From Okamejei kenojei (lineage: Eukaryota), in contig CM069143.1 of the NCBI GenBank assembly GCA_035221665.1, forward strand, positions 20,770,001 through 20,834,000: DNA of 64,000 nt, in the 5' to 3' direction. Made by a program: the position numbers and the translations under genes. Below, piece after piece: positions 52,119 to 63,840 of the stretch (positions within the stretch are counted from its first letter, which is position 1; every line of letters begins with the position of its first letter). The notes under the pieces were generated by a model. It was given only the letters and a program-made list of their open reading frames with translations. It did no database searches and was not told where the DNA came from.

Positions 52119-52574
52119 TGTCAGAACTGAACGAGGACACAAATGCAGGCTCAGACATAGGGCAGATCCATATTCAGAGTTTAATCGGTCCAAGTCGGTA
52201 CACAGGTAAGCAAACACTGAAGCTACAGTAATCTAGCAGCAGGCAAAAACAGTGGTCAAAAAAACAGGCCGCGGTCGAGTACACAAAGTCACAATATTTC
52301 TAGAGATGGAACGAGGTGATACCAGGTAGCATACACAACGAACTGGCAAAGAAACCTAAAACACAAAGGCTTAAATACAGACTTAACAGGGGATAACAAG
52401 ACACAGGTGAAACACATCAGGGCAGGATCAACAATCACATGAGGGTAAACGACCCGACAGGAAATGACACCTGAAACAAGAGGAGATGTGAAGCACTAAA
52501 ATAAAGCAAGAATGCAACCTCAAATACTCAAAACCAATAAGGAACAGAAACTAGATTCAACGCGAGACCCGACA
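52119..52574 (-). repeat. Complete 3' LTR (456 bp)
   Basis: TGTC...GACA termini, adjacent to the polypurine tract GGAGGGTGGGGTAC (minus strand). Confidence 0.92.
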
Positions 52575-55500
52575 GTACCCCACCCTCCACGGCCAGCTAC
52601 TGACGGCCCAGGATCGTCAGGATGTTGGCGCTGATATTCCCTGATAAGTTCTGGGTCGCATATGTTGCGAGCCAGCACCCAGGACCGCTCCTCAGGTCCA
52701 TAACCCTCCCTATTCCACAAGATACTGACAACCACGACGGCGCATCCCCAGCAACCGGCTGACCGTAAACACTGGACCCCTATCAGGGAACCGGGGGGGG
52801 GGGTGTGGAGGCAGGGACCAAAGAACTCTCCTTAACTGGCTTCAGTCGGGAGTCATGGAAAGTGGGGTGGACGCTCATGGCACGGGGGGAGTCTGAGATG
52901 AACCGCCACAGGATTGATGATCTTCGAGATCAGGAAAGGACCAACAAAACAAGGAGCCAGCTTCCGGGATTCCATCCTCAGAGGTAAGTCGAGTGGAGAG
53001 CCACACCTTTTGGCCCGGCGAGTATACTGGAGGCAGCGTTCTTCCACGATCAGCCATCCTCTTGTAACGCGCAGAACTGCACAACAGCACCTGACGAGCC
53101 CCATTCCAAACCTTGCGACAGCGACGGATGAGAGCCTGAGCAGAGGGCACACTGGACTCCTTCTCCACAGCAGGGAACAATGGCGGTTGATAACCATAGG
53201 CACACTGGAATGGAGAGAGACCAGAGGATGAGCAAGGAAGTGTGTTGTGTGCATACTCCACCCAAATAAGGTGCTTGCTCCAAGTTGAAGGATTCTGTGC
53301 CACCAAGCACCGCAGTCCTGTCTCCAATTCCTGGAGAAGGCATTCAGTTAGTCCGTTGGATTCCGGGTGATAACCAGATGCAAGGCTGACCGTGGCATCC
53401 AACAGAGAACAAAACTCCTTCCAAAACCTGGACACGAACTGAGGCCCCTGGTCAGACACAATGTTTCTGGGAAATCCATGAATTTGAAAAACATGAGACA
53501 ACATGACCTCTGCCGTCTTCCTGGTGGAGGGAAGCTTGTGCGACGGAATGAAGTGGACCATCTTAGAAAATCTGTCCACCACAGTCATGACTGGTGTTAC
53601 CTTCAGAAGAGGGCAGGCCCGTGACAAAGTCCATGGAGATCTCTGACCAGGGGCGTGAGGGGACAGGCAGCGAATTCAGGAGGCTAAAGGGGGGGCCGAC
53701 ACGAGGTCTTGTTCTGAGCACAAATACTGCAGGCGGCGACATACTCCTTAATCCCCTTCTCCATGGAAGGCCACCAAAACTGCTGTTGGGCCACAAACAG
53801 AGTTCGACGGACACCGGGATGACAGGAGATCCGAGACGTACGAGCCCAGTGAATCACCTGTGAGCGAAGAGACTCGGGAACAAACAGACGATTAGAAGGA
53901 CACCCTAACGGAGACTGAACACCAGCAGTAGCCTCGGAAACTCTCCTCTCAACCTCCCAAGTAACTGCCCCAACAAAACAGGAATCGGGCAGAATGGGGG
54001 TTGAAACCTTGGGGGACGGGTCAGGATCAAACTGTCTGGAGAGAGCATCAGGTTTGCCATTCTTGGCACCAGGGCGGTAAGACAGTACAAAATCAAATCG
54101 ATTAAAGAAGATAACCCAGCTAGCTTGGCTCGAGTTGAGGCGTTTGGCTGACTTGATGTACTCCAGGTACTTGTGGTCTGTCCAAACTAGAAACGGCTGC
54201 TTGGTACCCTTTAATCAATGTCTCCATTCCTCCAAGGCTGCTTTAACCGCTAACAGTTCACGGTTACCCACATCGTAATTTCTCTCAGCAGGAGAAAACT
54301 TTCTTGAGAGGAAAGCGCAGGGATGTAGTCGACCATCTGTGGAGGATCTCTGGGAGAGTACGGCCCCGATGCCCACACCTGAGGCATCCACCTCAACCAC
54401 AAACTGGAGTGACGGGTCAGGGTGAACCAGGATGGTGGCTGAGGAGAAGCTCCTCGAGTCTCATAAATGCTGTGTCTGCTTGAGGGGACCAAGAGAAATG
54501 CACGTGGGGTGAGGTGAGAACATGGAGTGGTGCAGCAATAACACTAAAGTTAAACTTCCTATAAAAATTAGCAAACCCAAGGAACCCCTTATGTCTGGAG
54601 GGTGTAGGCCAGGTGGCCACAGCACTGACCTTGCCCGGATCCATCTGTATCCAATCAGGTGACACAACATAACCAAGGAATTGAACAGTGTTAACATGAA
54701 ATTGACATTTTTCATCTTTCACAAACAGATCATTCGAGAGCAAACTTTCCTGCACCTGGTGTACATGCTGCACATGGGAAGATTCATCTGGAGAAAAAAA
54801 AAAAATCAAAATGTCATCAAGGTACACAAACACAAATTTGTTCAGTATGTCCCATAATACATCGTTCACCATGCCTTGAAAAACGGCTGGAGCATTAGTA
54901 AGACCAAACAGCATGACCGATATTCATAATGACCACTGGGTGTGTTAAATGCAGTCTTCCATTCATCCCCCTCCCTTATCCTTACTAGATAAGCATTTCT
55001 AAGATCCAACTTAGTGAATATTTTAGCAGTTCAAATTCAGAGGAGATAAGAGGAAGAGTGTATCTGTTCTTAACAGTAATGTCATCGAGTCCTCTGTGGT
55101 CAATGCAGGGCCGAAGTGTTCCATCCTTCTTATCCACAAAGAAGAATCCAGCTCCTGCAGGTGAAGAGGAAGGTCTGATGATCCCAGCAGCAAGGGCGTC
55201 GTCAATGTACTTTTCCATGGCGAGTCACTCAGGTGAAGACAAGGAATAAAGACGACCCTTAGGAGGCGCTGTACCTGGCAGAAGGTCAATGCAGCAGTCG
55301 TACGGTCTATGCGGCGGAAGAGAGGTGGCCTTGGCCTTGTTGAACACCTCCTTAAGGTCTAGATAACACAAGGGAACCCTGGTGAGATCTGGAAAATCCC
55401 CCTCCTTAGAACGGGGAGGCTGCCAGAGGGTGGTCCTGGAAGATCCCAGCAAACTGCTCCTTGATGGATCCTTCATAGACTCAGGAGAGGAATCCTGTAG

Positions 55501-56486
55501 ATAGATGAGTTTACAGTTATTACCCCAAGAAATTACTTCCCCAGAACCCCAGTTCATATGAGGATTATGGTAAGACAGCCAAGGGAGCCCCAAAACCAGA
55601 GGATGAAGAGAACAGTCGAGGAGATGAAAACTGATGGTCTCCAAGTGATTACCTGCCACGATGAGTTGAACAGGTGAGTTTGGTGAATCACCCTGTACAT
55701 TAAGCGCCCATCCAGTGCACTAGCCTGCAGCGGATGTTGAAGCTGTTCACGTTCCAGCTTCAATTCATCAGCCAAGCAAATGTCCATAAAGTTCTCATCT
55801 GCCCCAGAATCAACCAAAGCCTGCAGGGAGCGCCACTGGGAATGCACCAACAATTGTACAGTTGCGAGTTGACGAGAGGAACGGCTCATAGGAGTGGTAC
55901 AACTCACCAATGTCTTCTCTTTCATTGGTGAGCCTTGTCTCTTTACTGAACAGCTGTTCAACAAATGTCCCAGCTCCCCACAGTAAAAACACCTCACCTC
56001 CCTTAGGCGGCGCTGCCATTCCTCTGGGCTGAGTTTGGCTCGTCCCACCTGCATGGGCTCCTCCGAAGAGACAGGTGGCGCTGTGGGCTGACTGGACCAG
56101 CCGAGAGGGACGAAAGTCCCGACCGGACGGCGAAGGGCGACGCTGCCACCACTGTTGGGAGGAGGACCAAACTTCCGCCGATCTCCTCTCTCACTCTCTT
56201 TTTCTCAGCCCAGTGTCAATCTGGACAGCCAAGGAAATCATGGACTCTAAGTCAGAAAGCAGGGTTAGTGGAGCCAACTGATCCTTGATAGCTTCAGAGA
56301 GCCCATTGCGAAAAGCATCCAACAAAGCAGACTCATTCCATCCACTCTTAGCAGCAACAGTTCGAAATTCAATAGCAAAATCCATAACTGAGTGATTAGC
56401 TTGTTTCATGGAGACCAGGATCTGTGAAGCCTCTCGGCCAGGATTGGAGTGATCAAACATGCAGGACAGAGCTTCCATGAACAGGA

Positions 56487-56691
56487 CTTAAATACAGACT
56501 TAACAGGGGATAACGAGACACAGGTGAAACACATCAGGGCGGGATCAACAATCACATGAGGGTAAACAACCTGACAGGAAATGGCACCTGAAACAAGAGG
56601 AGATGTGAGGCACCAAAATAAAACAAGAATGCAACCTCAAATACTCAAAACCAATAAGGAACAGAAACTAGATTAAACGCGAGACCTGACA
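56487..56691 (-). repeat. Truncated 5' LTR (about 205 bp)
   Basis: Direct repeat of 52370-52574 with about 10 substitutions by manual count. Joins directly to gag-internal sequence. Confidence 0.92.
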
Positions 56692-57059
56692 GAAAAGTAA
56701 ACTTGCAGATAGCAAATTGAAAGCACACAATAATTTCTCTTTTAAATGACTTGAGAAACCTCACACCGATCTGCCCTGCTGATCAGTTCATCAAATGCAA
56801 TCTGGGAGGCCAAATAGAGAAATGAAGTGTCTCCCACTAAGAATGAAATGAAGTGCCTCCCACAAAGGATCTGAATGGGCAGATTAATGTCACCTGTTCC
56901 AAATTTTAGAATACATGGCCATGATATCTTCACTTTTTGTGGCAGGTTACTACAGAGGCACTTGTAGATTCAGTTGAAGGTTGTCCACAATCTTTGAGGT
57001 CAAGGCCAATTGTCCTTGTTGTATGGTCAGTGATGATATAACTACTCTGCACTGGATAT

Positions 57060-57219
57060 GTGTAGGAAGGAACTGTGGATGCTGGTTTAAACCGAAGATA
57101 GACATAAAATGAAGGAGTAACTCGGTGGGACAGGCAGCATATCTGGAGAGAAGGAATGGGTGGCATTTTGGGTGACCTGAAACATCACCCATTCCTTCTC
57201 CAGAGACGCTGCCTGTCTA
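57060..57219. mobile_element. Palindromic head-to-head Penelope-derived unit with perfect 14 bp TSD
   Basis: TCTGCACTGGATAT at 57046-57059 and 57220-57233. Arms GACAGGCAGCATATCTGGAGAGAAGGAATGGGTG and CACCCATTCCTTCTCCAGAGACGCTGCCTGTC. Confidence 0.85.
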
Positions 57220-60200
57220 TCTGCACTGGATATTTCTTATATCCCTTGTATTTGGAGATTGAGTCTGTGTCTCACATGGGTGCTGGCTGGTGTTAAAAAT
57301 CATTGTTGGTACAGTTTTGTGAATGGGTATGATGTCATTCTGTTTTATGATAAATGGCAGGTTTAGTTAAATCTTACTTTTTTCCCTATTGAAGCCAAGA
57401 GTAAAATCAAAGGAGCATCTAAAAGAAAATTGTGATTTACTATTGCGTGTATGTGCAAGCACCCTAGATCAGTTTAGCCCCTGATGTTATAAAGCCTTGT
57501 TGTGAAGGAAATCAGTTCAAAATGCTAAGTTAGCAGGTATGTGCCTTGGGGGAGACTGTGTGATCTTGAAAGTCAAGAGGAATATCAGAAGTACAAATAA
57601 TCAAATGCAAGTAAACAATTGCTACCTGGCATGAATATTTACGATTCATGTAAATACATTATCCAGAAATGTTTTTCAAACAAAAAGGTTGGAACAGAAT
57701 GTAAGTACAAATAGAGAGAGGAAATGGAAAGAATAATGTCCTGGCAAGATACCACAGTAAGGATCTGAGAACATGATTTATATCTCAGCTTTGACCGTGC
57801 ATCATTTTTGTCTATGATGCATGCAGAATAGCAACAATCTCAGTTTTGGCCAAACTTTAATATTGGCCAACAGCTGAGATTGAAATCACTTGCACTTAGC
57901 TGGCTACTAGGAAATCTTAACTTCTGATGGATGATTCTCTCTCATATTGAGCTTCCAACTTGGAATCCTCTGTCTTGACTCCTAACAGAAATGCTAGTTT
58001 GTCGCTGTTGAGATCTTCCTCTCAAAACATAATTTCAGGATCAGATGAACCCTGAACTCAGCATCTATACACAAAGTGTTCAATCCCATATCCTCTCTCA
58101 GAAAATGCTGACAAATTTCCACTCCTATAACCTTGCCAGCTTCCGCCCTGAACATATCTACAAATGGAATCTTAATTCTACAACCTGAACTTCTGGGACC
58201 TGGCCCACCACGTGGTGGTTTACCTGCATACCGTTGCTCACACACAAACTCCTATTCTGGATGCAAAGGGCCATTCTCACTGACCCTCTGCACCCTGTCT
58301 TCAGGCAGGGAAGTGCAGGTGGTAACTAGTCTTCCAGTGGCATAGTCCTGAGGTTCTCTCCCTGGAACTGGCCTGACACAAGGCAAAGTTGGGGACAGAT
58401 CTTTCCCTTGTGTGGTATGAAAGGGCAGTTTGACCATTCTTAAATATTTCTGACATTTACAGCCCTATTTGAAAACATTAAAATTAAATATTAGTTTGTA
58501 AGTAAAAATGATTAAAACCTTTTGTCAGATAAAATAAATGGAAGTGTATTAAATGCTACATTAGGAATCATTTTAAACTAAAATAATAAAAACCTATATA
58601 ACTATTAAACAATGAATCAGGATTAATGAAGTAATTAGAACACTAATTATGATGGAACCTGTTTGAATTGTACTGTTAACCATTGTATTGTTAACCATTG
58701 AACTGTTAACCATTAGGAGAATGTCATTATTTTTGACCGGTTCAAAGTAAAACATTTTGGCTTAATAACCTCCAAAGACATAAAATAGTCATTGTGTTCC
58801 AATGTCTGTAACCTCCTTTAGAACCATGAACCTTCAATCTTTACATTGCTTTATTTCTATTGTTTGTGCGTTCCCATTTTCCTTCACCCTACCGTTGAAG
58901 GCCATGTGAGTCACTATAAAACTTATTTTTGTCATATAATAAAATAGCCTTAAAATGAGATGCTATTAAAGGAGACAACCAGCAAGTCAGGTCATTCACA
59001 TTTGTGTCCAGATCTGGTTTGATTATCTCTCACTCTTCAAATATTCTTTCCCTGTCTTATGAATTATTTTTCTCTAAGCTCACTCTCTCTCTTCCTTCGT
59101 ATCACATCCCATTCTGCAGTGTCTTATTCTTCTAGCACTTCCGATGTGATCTGCACAATGATCTCGCCCAGCACCCCATGCTACATGTTGTATTCCACAC
59201 ACGCGGTAACCCATCCTATCCTGGATAGTCTCACCATTACCATCGCACTCTGTATAACCGTGATATCAATTATACCCTGTACAGTCCCACACATCCAGCA
59301 TGCTGCTCTATCTTTCTCTGTTTTATTCATCCAGAGCACCCTCTCACACTGTACAGTACTTCCCTCACCCATCATTTCTGAATTATTTGGTTCCTTAATT
59401 ACTGAACACCTCAGGCTTAAAATTCCCAATCAGTGATTTCATTATTTTATAACCTCTCTCAATCCCTTTCTTTAAAAACTCTCTTTTCTCCTGACTAACT
59501 TCATATTTCCACTTGAACGTTACAATTTTTGAAGCCTTCCTTTAACTGATAGCTCCCTATTCTCTAATTCACTTCTTATGTGTCTACTTCTATCTTATTC
59601 TCTTTCTTTTATACCACCTCTTTGATCAATCTTTGATCATTTCTCCTTATCTCTTTTGTTTTGCTTGGCATCTGTGTTTGGTTGTAACGGTTCTGTGAGG
59701 TGTCCCAGATCACGTCTCTGCAACCGATTTGCAGGATCCACGTTCCTGTGTAATTATAAGTTGTGCTGTTTTAATGCATAAGTACGTAGGAGGGCGAGTT
59801 AGTTATCTGTTCAGCTCTTTAGTGTAATAAGATCATGACTGGTCTGTGCCATAAATCCATATATCTGCCTTTTACTTTTTTCCATTATAACTTTGGTTAA
59901 CAATAATCAATCAATTTCAGATTAATAAATTAAAAATTAACCTGGAGCCAATTCACATTAATGGAACAGTTCCAATTTTTTACCTTCATCGGTATGTGGA
60001 AGTCATACCTAAATCCAGCCCTACGAGATATGGTTCCAATGCTTTGATGATTTCTTATGGACTTAGATCTTCTAATAATGGCTGTAGTTATTTCCTGCAA
60101 GTGGTATAGGGCCTCTATTTATTCTTCCTATAATTCCTAAACCTGTACTTAACTTGTGCAAAGCTCTCTGCAAGAACTTCCTGAACCTAGCTCTAACCTG

Positions 60201-60299
60201 ATTGATAAGCCCGAGATAAATACTTTGACAGCCAGTGAAGCCATACTGCTGGCAGAATCTGCTGTGAATCGTTGTCGACTGACATGAATATTTATAATC

Positions 60300-60611
60300 C
60301 AACAACCTGCATTAGCAATCGTTGGACATGCAACAGGTCTCATCCAGTGGAGGCAGATTCCCAATTACAGGAAGCTACTCGGGTCTGAAGAAGGGGTTCT
60401 GCCCGAAACGTTGCCTATTTCCTTCGCTCCATAGATGCTGCCGCACCCACTGAGTTTCTACATCACTTTTGTCTACCTTCGATTTTCCAGCATCTGCAGT
60501 TCCTTCTTAAACAAATCTGCTAGTTGCTTTATGGTCTCCAACAACCAACTGTGGAAGAGATATCTGAAATGCAACTATTGCATGTCCAATGATTGCTAAT
60601 GCAGGTTGTTG
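60300..60611. repeat. 37 bp inverted-repeat pair (MITE-like) enclosing a Penelope-derived unit
   Basis: 60300-60336 and 60575-60611 are complementary at 35 of 37 positions. Confidence 0.8.
60381..60513 (+). mobile_element. Short Penelope-derived unit with the best-preserved hammerhead-like core
   Basis: GGT-CTGAAGA-A-GGG(GTTCTG)CCC-GAAAC-GTT-GCC at 60382-60415. Confidence 0.8.
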
Positions 60612-61899
60612 AAATCAGCTTTCAAGTTCACAGATAGATCTAATTAGACACTAAATGCCTTGCCCAACCTAATGACAAAATCCACAAGTCCATTGACATT
60701 GTGCATTCATTTTCTTCCACAAGTGGTATCTCTATTTATTTCTTCCACACAGTATTCACCCACTGAACTCTCCCCAGACCTACTAGTACTTATTTTTTAC
60801 AAAGGATAGGTTATCCTTGATATATTAGGCTGCTTGGTGAGTTACTCCAGCTCTTTGTGTCTACCTTCAGTTTAATCTAACATCTGCAGTTCCTTCCCAC
60901 ACATGTTGCACATTATTGTGGAAGTTATAAAATGAGGATTGTAAAAATAAGTCAAAATATACTACTTCTCAATAAACAGATACCTGGAGTGGGGTGGTTG
61001 CAACATAACTCTGTGGTGTCCACGTTTCCACTGACATGTCATGGAGCAAGCACCATCTTAAGCTGGTGAATTGCTTGAATAGAGTTGCTCAGGCTCTCAT
61101 CTTAGTTCTCGTACAATTGTGGTTGCACTAATCTTCATCCATGTGTAGGCTGAGCACATTTATGGGGATGTAACAAAATTATGGTAATGACAAACATTTT
61201 CCTAGGCAGAATGGCATATTCATTGTATTTCCTTTGCCAATAACCCAAATATGAGTTTATATAATGTGCATATCTTACCACATCTCCTTGAGCTGGGGCA
61301 AACATTCTTGATTAGTACAGGTGTCAGAGGTTATGAGGAGAATAGGGTTAGGAGGGAGAGATAGATCGGCCATGATTAAATGGCAGTGTAGATGATGGGT
61401 TGAACGGCCTAATTCTATGACCTTATAACATGCAACTATTGTTCCTTCTACCAGCAATGGAACATCCAATTGATGTGCGTAATCACCGACAGTCACCTCA
61501 CTCTGATTTCCCTGATGCCACCAATTGGCATTTGCAATCAGAATATCCTTACAGGAAGCTGGTGGCCTTCTGACCTTGGAAAAGCACCCCATCTCAGAGA
61601 AATTCTATATTCAATATGTTCAAGATCAGGATATAGAAGTTTGAATCACTGATCCAGAGAAATAGACATGAATACCATCATGAAAGTTGGGGAACTTCAA
61701 TTATAAAGTGATTAAACAACTTTGAAATAAAAATAAAATAGCTCCTACCAATAATGGCGGTCATAAAACGGAGAGATTGTAATGTAACAAATTTGAGCCA
61801 TTCAGGTCACTACGCCTTTGCTGTTTGCAAAATAGTTGCCCAAGCAAAGCCCAACTTCCATTGGCGCATTTCTGACATCACTTCCATGCCCCTGAAGAT

Positions 61900-62600
61900 C
61901 TTAATTATGCAGATCACATTCAAATATTGTTAAAATCTGATGCGTTTATCTTCCTCAAACAACATTGAAAACAAAAGGGTTCAAACTACTATCATCCACT
62001 GGATGACACTTTTATTTCTTTTCATTTCCGATCTTTCTAAATGTACTGTATGCCCCCTGATTTAAGACCCCTCTGCTCAGAGAGATTAGGTTTCCCTATT
62101 TAAATTATGTAGGTCCCTCATTATTCTATGCACCCATATGAAATCTCCCTTCAGTATCATCTGTTCCAAAGAAAAACAACTTATCTTTTGCAATCTTTCA
62201 TTGTATCGGCAATTTTCTTAACCCAGTAACATGATCATAACTCCTCTCTGCCTTTCCTCCAGTGCAATCACACATTTCCTGTAGTGTACTGACCAGGACT
62301 GTACACATTACTTGATATATAGCCTGATCTGTGTTGAATACATTTCTAGCAAGGGTAATAAAGGAAAGTATCCCACAGGCCCTTTTAACCACCCTATTGT
62401 TTTGTCCTGCTTCTTGCAGACATATATTCTGAGTTCTCTCTGTTCTTCCATACCACTCAATATTGCAGCATCCCTTGTCTGTGCCTCCCAAAATGCATTT
62501 TCTGACACGTTTCTACATTAAAATCTATGATCCACTGTTTCTGCAACTCTCCAAACCATCCATACCTTCCTACAAATAGAACTTTCCTTCTCGCTGTCAA
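61900..62600 (-). mobile_element. Old CR1 fragment
   Basis: Reverse-complement CR1 remnants (CTCTGCCTTTCCTCCAGTGCAATCACACATTTCCTGTAGTG..GACCAGGACTGTACACA). Confidence 0.6.
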
Positions 62601-62660
62601 ACATACAGCCATGTTTTGTGTTATTTATTTATCATGTTCCCACAGTTAAAACTGGGACTT

Positions 62661-62880
62661 AATGGCCCGTCCCACGTAGGTGACTTTTCAGGCGACCGCA
62701 GGAGACTATGCAGACGCCACATGGTCACATTAATGGATGCCTTCGTGGTCGTGAGGAGTTCCCGCATTCTGGGAGCTAGTCGCGGCTTCATTATGGTCGC
62801 AGCAAATTTTCCAACATGTTGAAAAATTAGCAGCGGCTAGAATGAAGCAGCCATGGAAAGTAGAGAGAATTCTTGTGCTG
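62661..62880. mobile_element. Truncated Harbinger-type MITE fragment
   Basis: The left end ATGGCCCGTCCCACGTAGGTGAC resembles the 47530 terminal repeat. The other end is missing. Confidence 0.55.
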
Positions 62881-62941
62881 ACCAAATTCTGTTGGTCTAA
62901 TTATTGTCTAAAAATAATTTTAGACAATAATTACAGTGGTC

Positions 62942-63055
62942 TCCCAGAAACATCACCCATTGCTTCTATCCAGAGATGCTGCCTATCAAGCTGAGTTACT
63001 CCAGCATTTTGTGTCTATCTTCAATGTAAACCAGCATCTGCAGTTCCTTCCTACA
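62942..63055 (+). mobile_element. 5'-clipped Penelope-derived short unit
   Basis: GAAACATCACCCATT..GAGATGCTGCC..GCTGAGTTACTCCAGCATTTTGTGTCTATCTTC..CCAGCATCTGCAGTTCCTTC. Confidence 0.75.
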
Positions 63056-63589
63056 TATCAAGTAAGGATAAAATGGCTTGTTCCATGCAGTCATTGATTA
63101 TTCATTGAGAACTTAATTAAAAAGTGGTTTTACTGTATCTCAATGAGGTAGAAGGCTTTAATACTGAAGTACAGATGAGACAACAAGAGAATTGGTGCCT
63201 GCTTCACTCAACAACAACTTGTCTTATACCTTTAAATACTTTATATTACACCTTAAATCCCAAGGCCATTCACAAAAAAATTGTTGCTGAGCCATGTGTG
63301 TTTTTTAAACCAAGTAACTGATTTTTCTTTCCCAAAATGTAGGTTTAAAGGAGGAAGGAGATTTCAGCTCAGTCCTCCTTTCTGCCTCAAGTGACTTACC
63401 ATCTATGGACTGTATGGAGATTATTAATCAGTTCACTTCATCTTTGCAAGTCTCAATATCCATGGACCATTGAATATACCTTGTGATTCCATGATCTACC
63501 ATCTATTTTTAGCGCCTACCATTTAAGCAGTAGATGCCCCAAACTATCCTTCTCTGTCCCAGTAAAATATCAAGCACCCATTTACAATA

Positions 63590-63840
63590 ATCCTGCACAA
63601 ATCTCATTTTATTTCACCAATTCTCTTCATTTTCCTTCCAGATTTTACCACCCACCAAAATACCTGAGCAATTTACGGTGGTTACTTAATCCATCAACCC
63701 AAATATCTTCGGGATGTGGAAGAGAACCCATGTGATCACAGGGAGAATGTGCAAACTCCCCACAGGCAACACTGGAGGTCAGGATTGAACCCGTGCCCTT
63801 GGAGTTGTGAGGCAACTGCTTGACTAGCTGCCCCACTATG
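63590..63840 (-). mobile_element. V-SINE (HE1-like)
   Basis: CACAGGGAGAATGTGCAAACTCC..GGTCAGGATTGAACCC..GTGAGGCA is the reverse complement of the V-core, B-box and head. Confidence 0.8.

Larger units (their letters stand above)
52119..56691 (-). mobile_element. Ty3/Gypsy chromovirus (Sushi-like) LTR retrotransposon, defective provirus
   Basis: Minus-strand order: gag, CCHC knuckle CFYCGELGHLLNSC, protease LVDSGA, RT ([19 protein letters not shown]), RNase H ([19 protein letters not shown]), integrase (VDRFSK, SDQGPQF, YHPESNG) and chromodomain (GYGPEERSW). TG...CA ends, polypurine tract at 52575-52588, TSD GAAAA (52114-52118 and 52692-equivalent position 56692-56696). Multiple frameshifts. 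Confidence 0.96.

Noticed and set aside
58672-58714. Three copies of a 15 bp unit containing TGTTAACCATT
   Set aside because: Ordinary slippage-type tandem repeat.
59059-59436. 125 aa ORF
   Set aside because: Low-complexity pyrimidine/CA-rich DNA with no domain or splice support.
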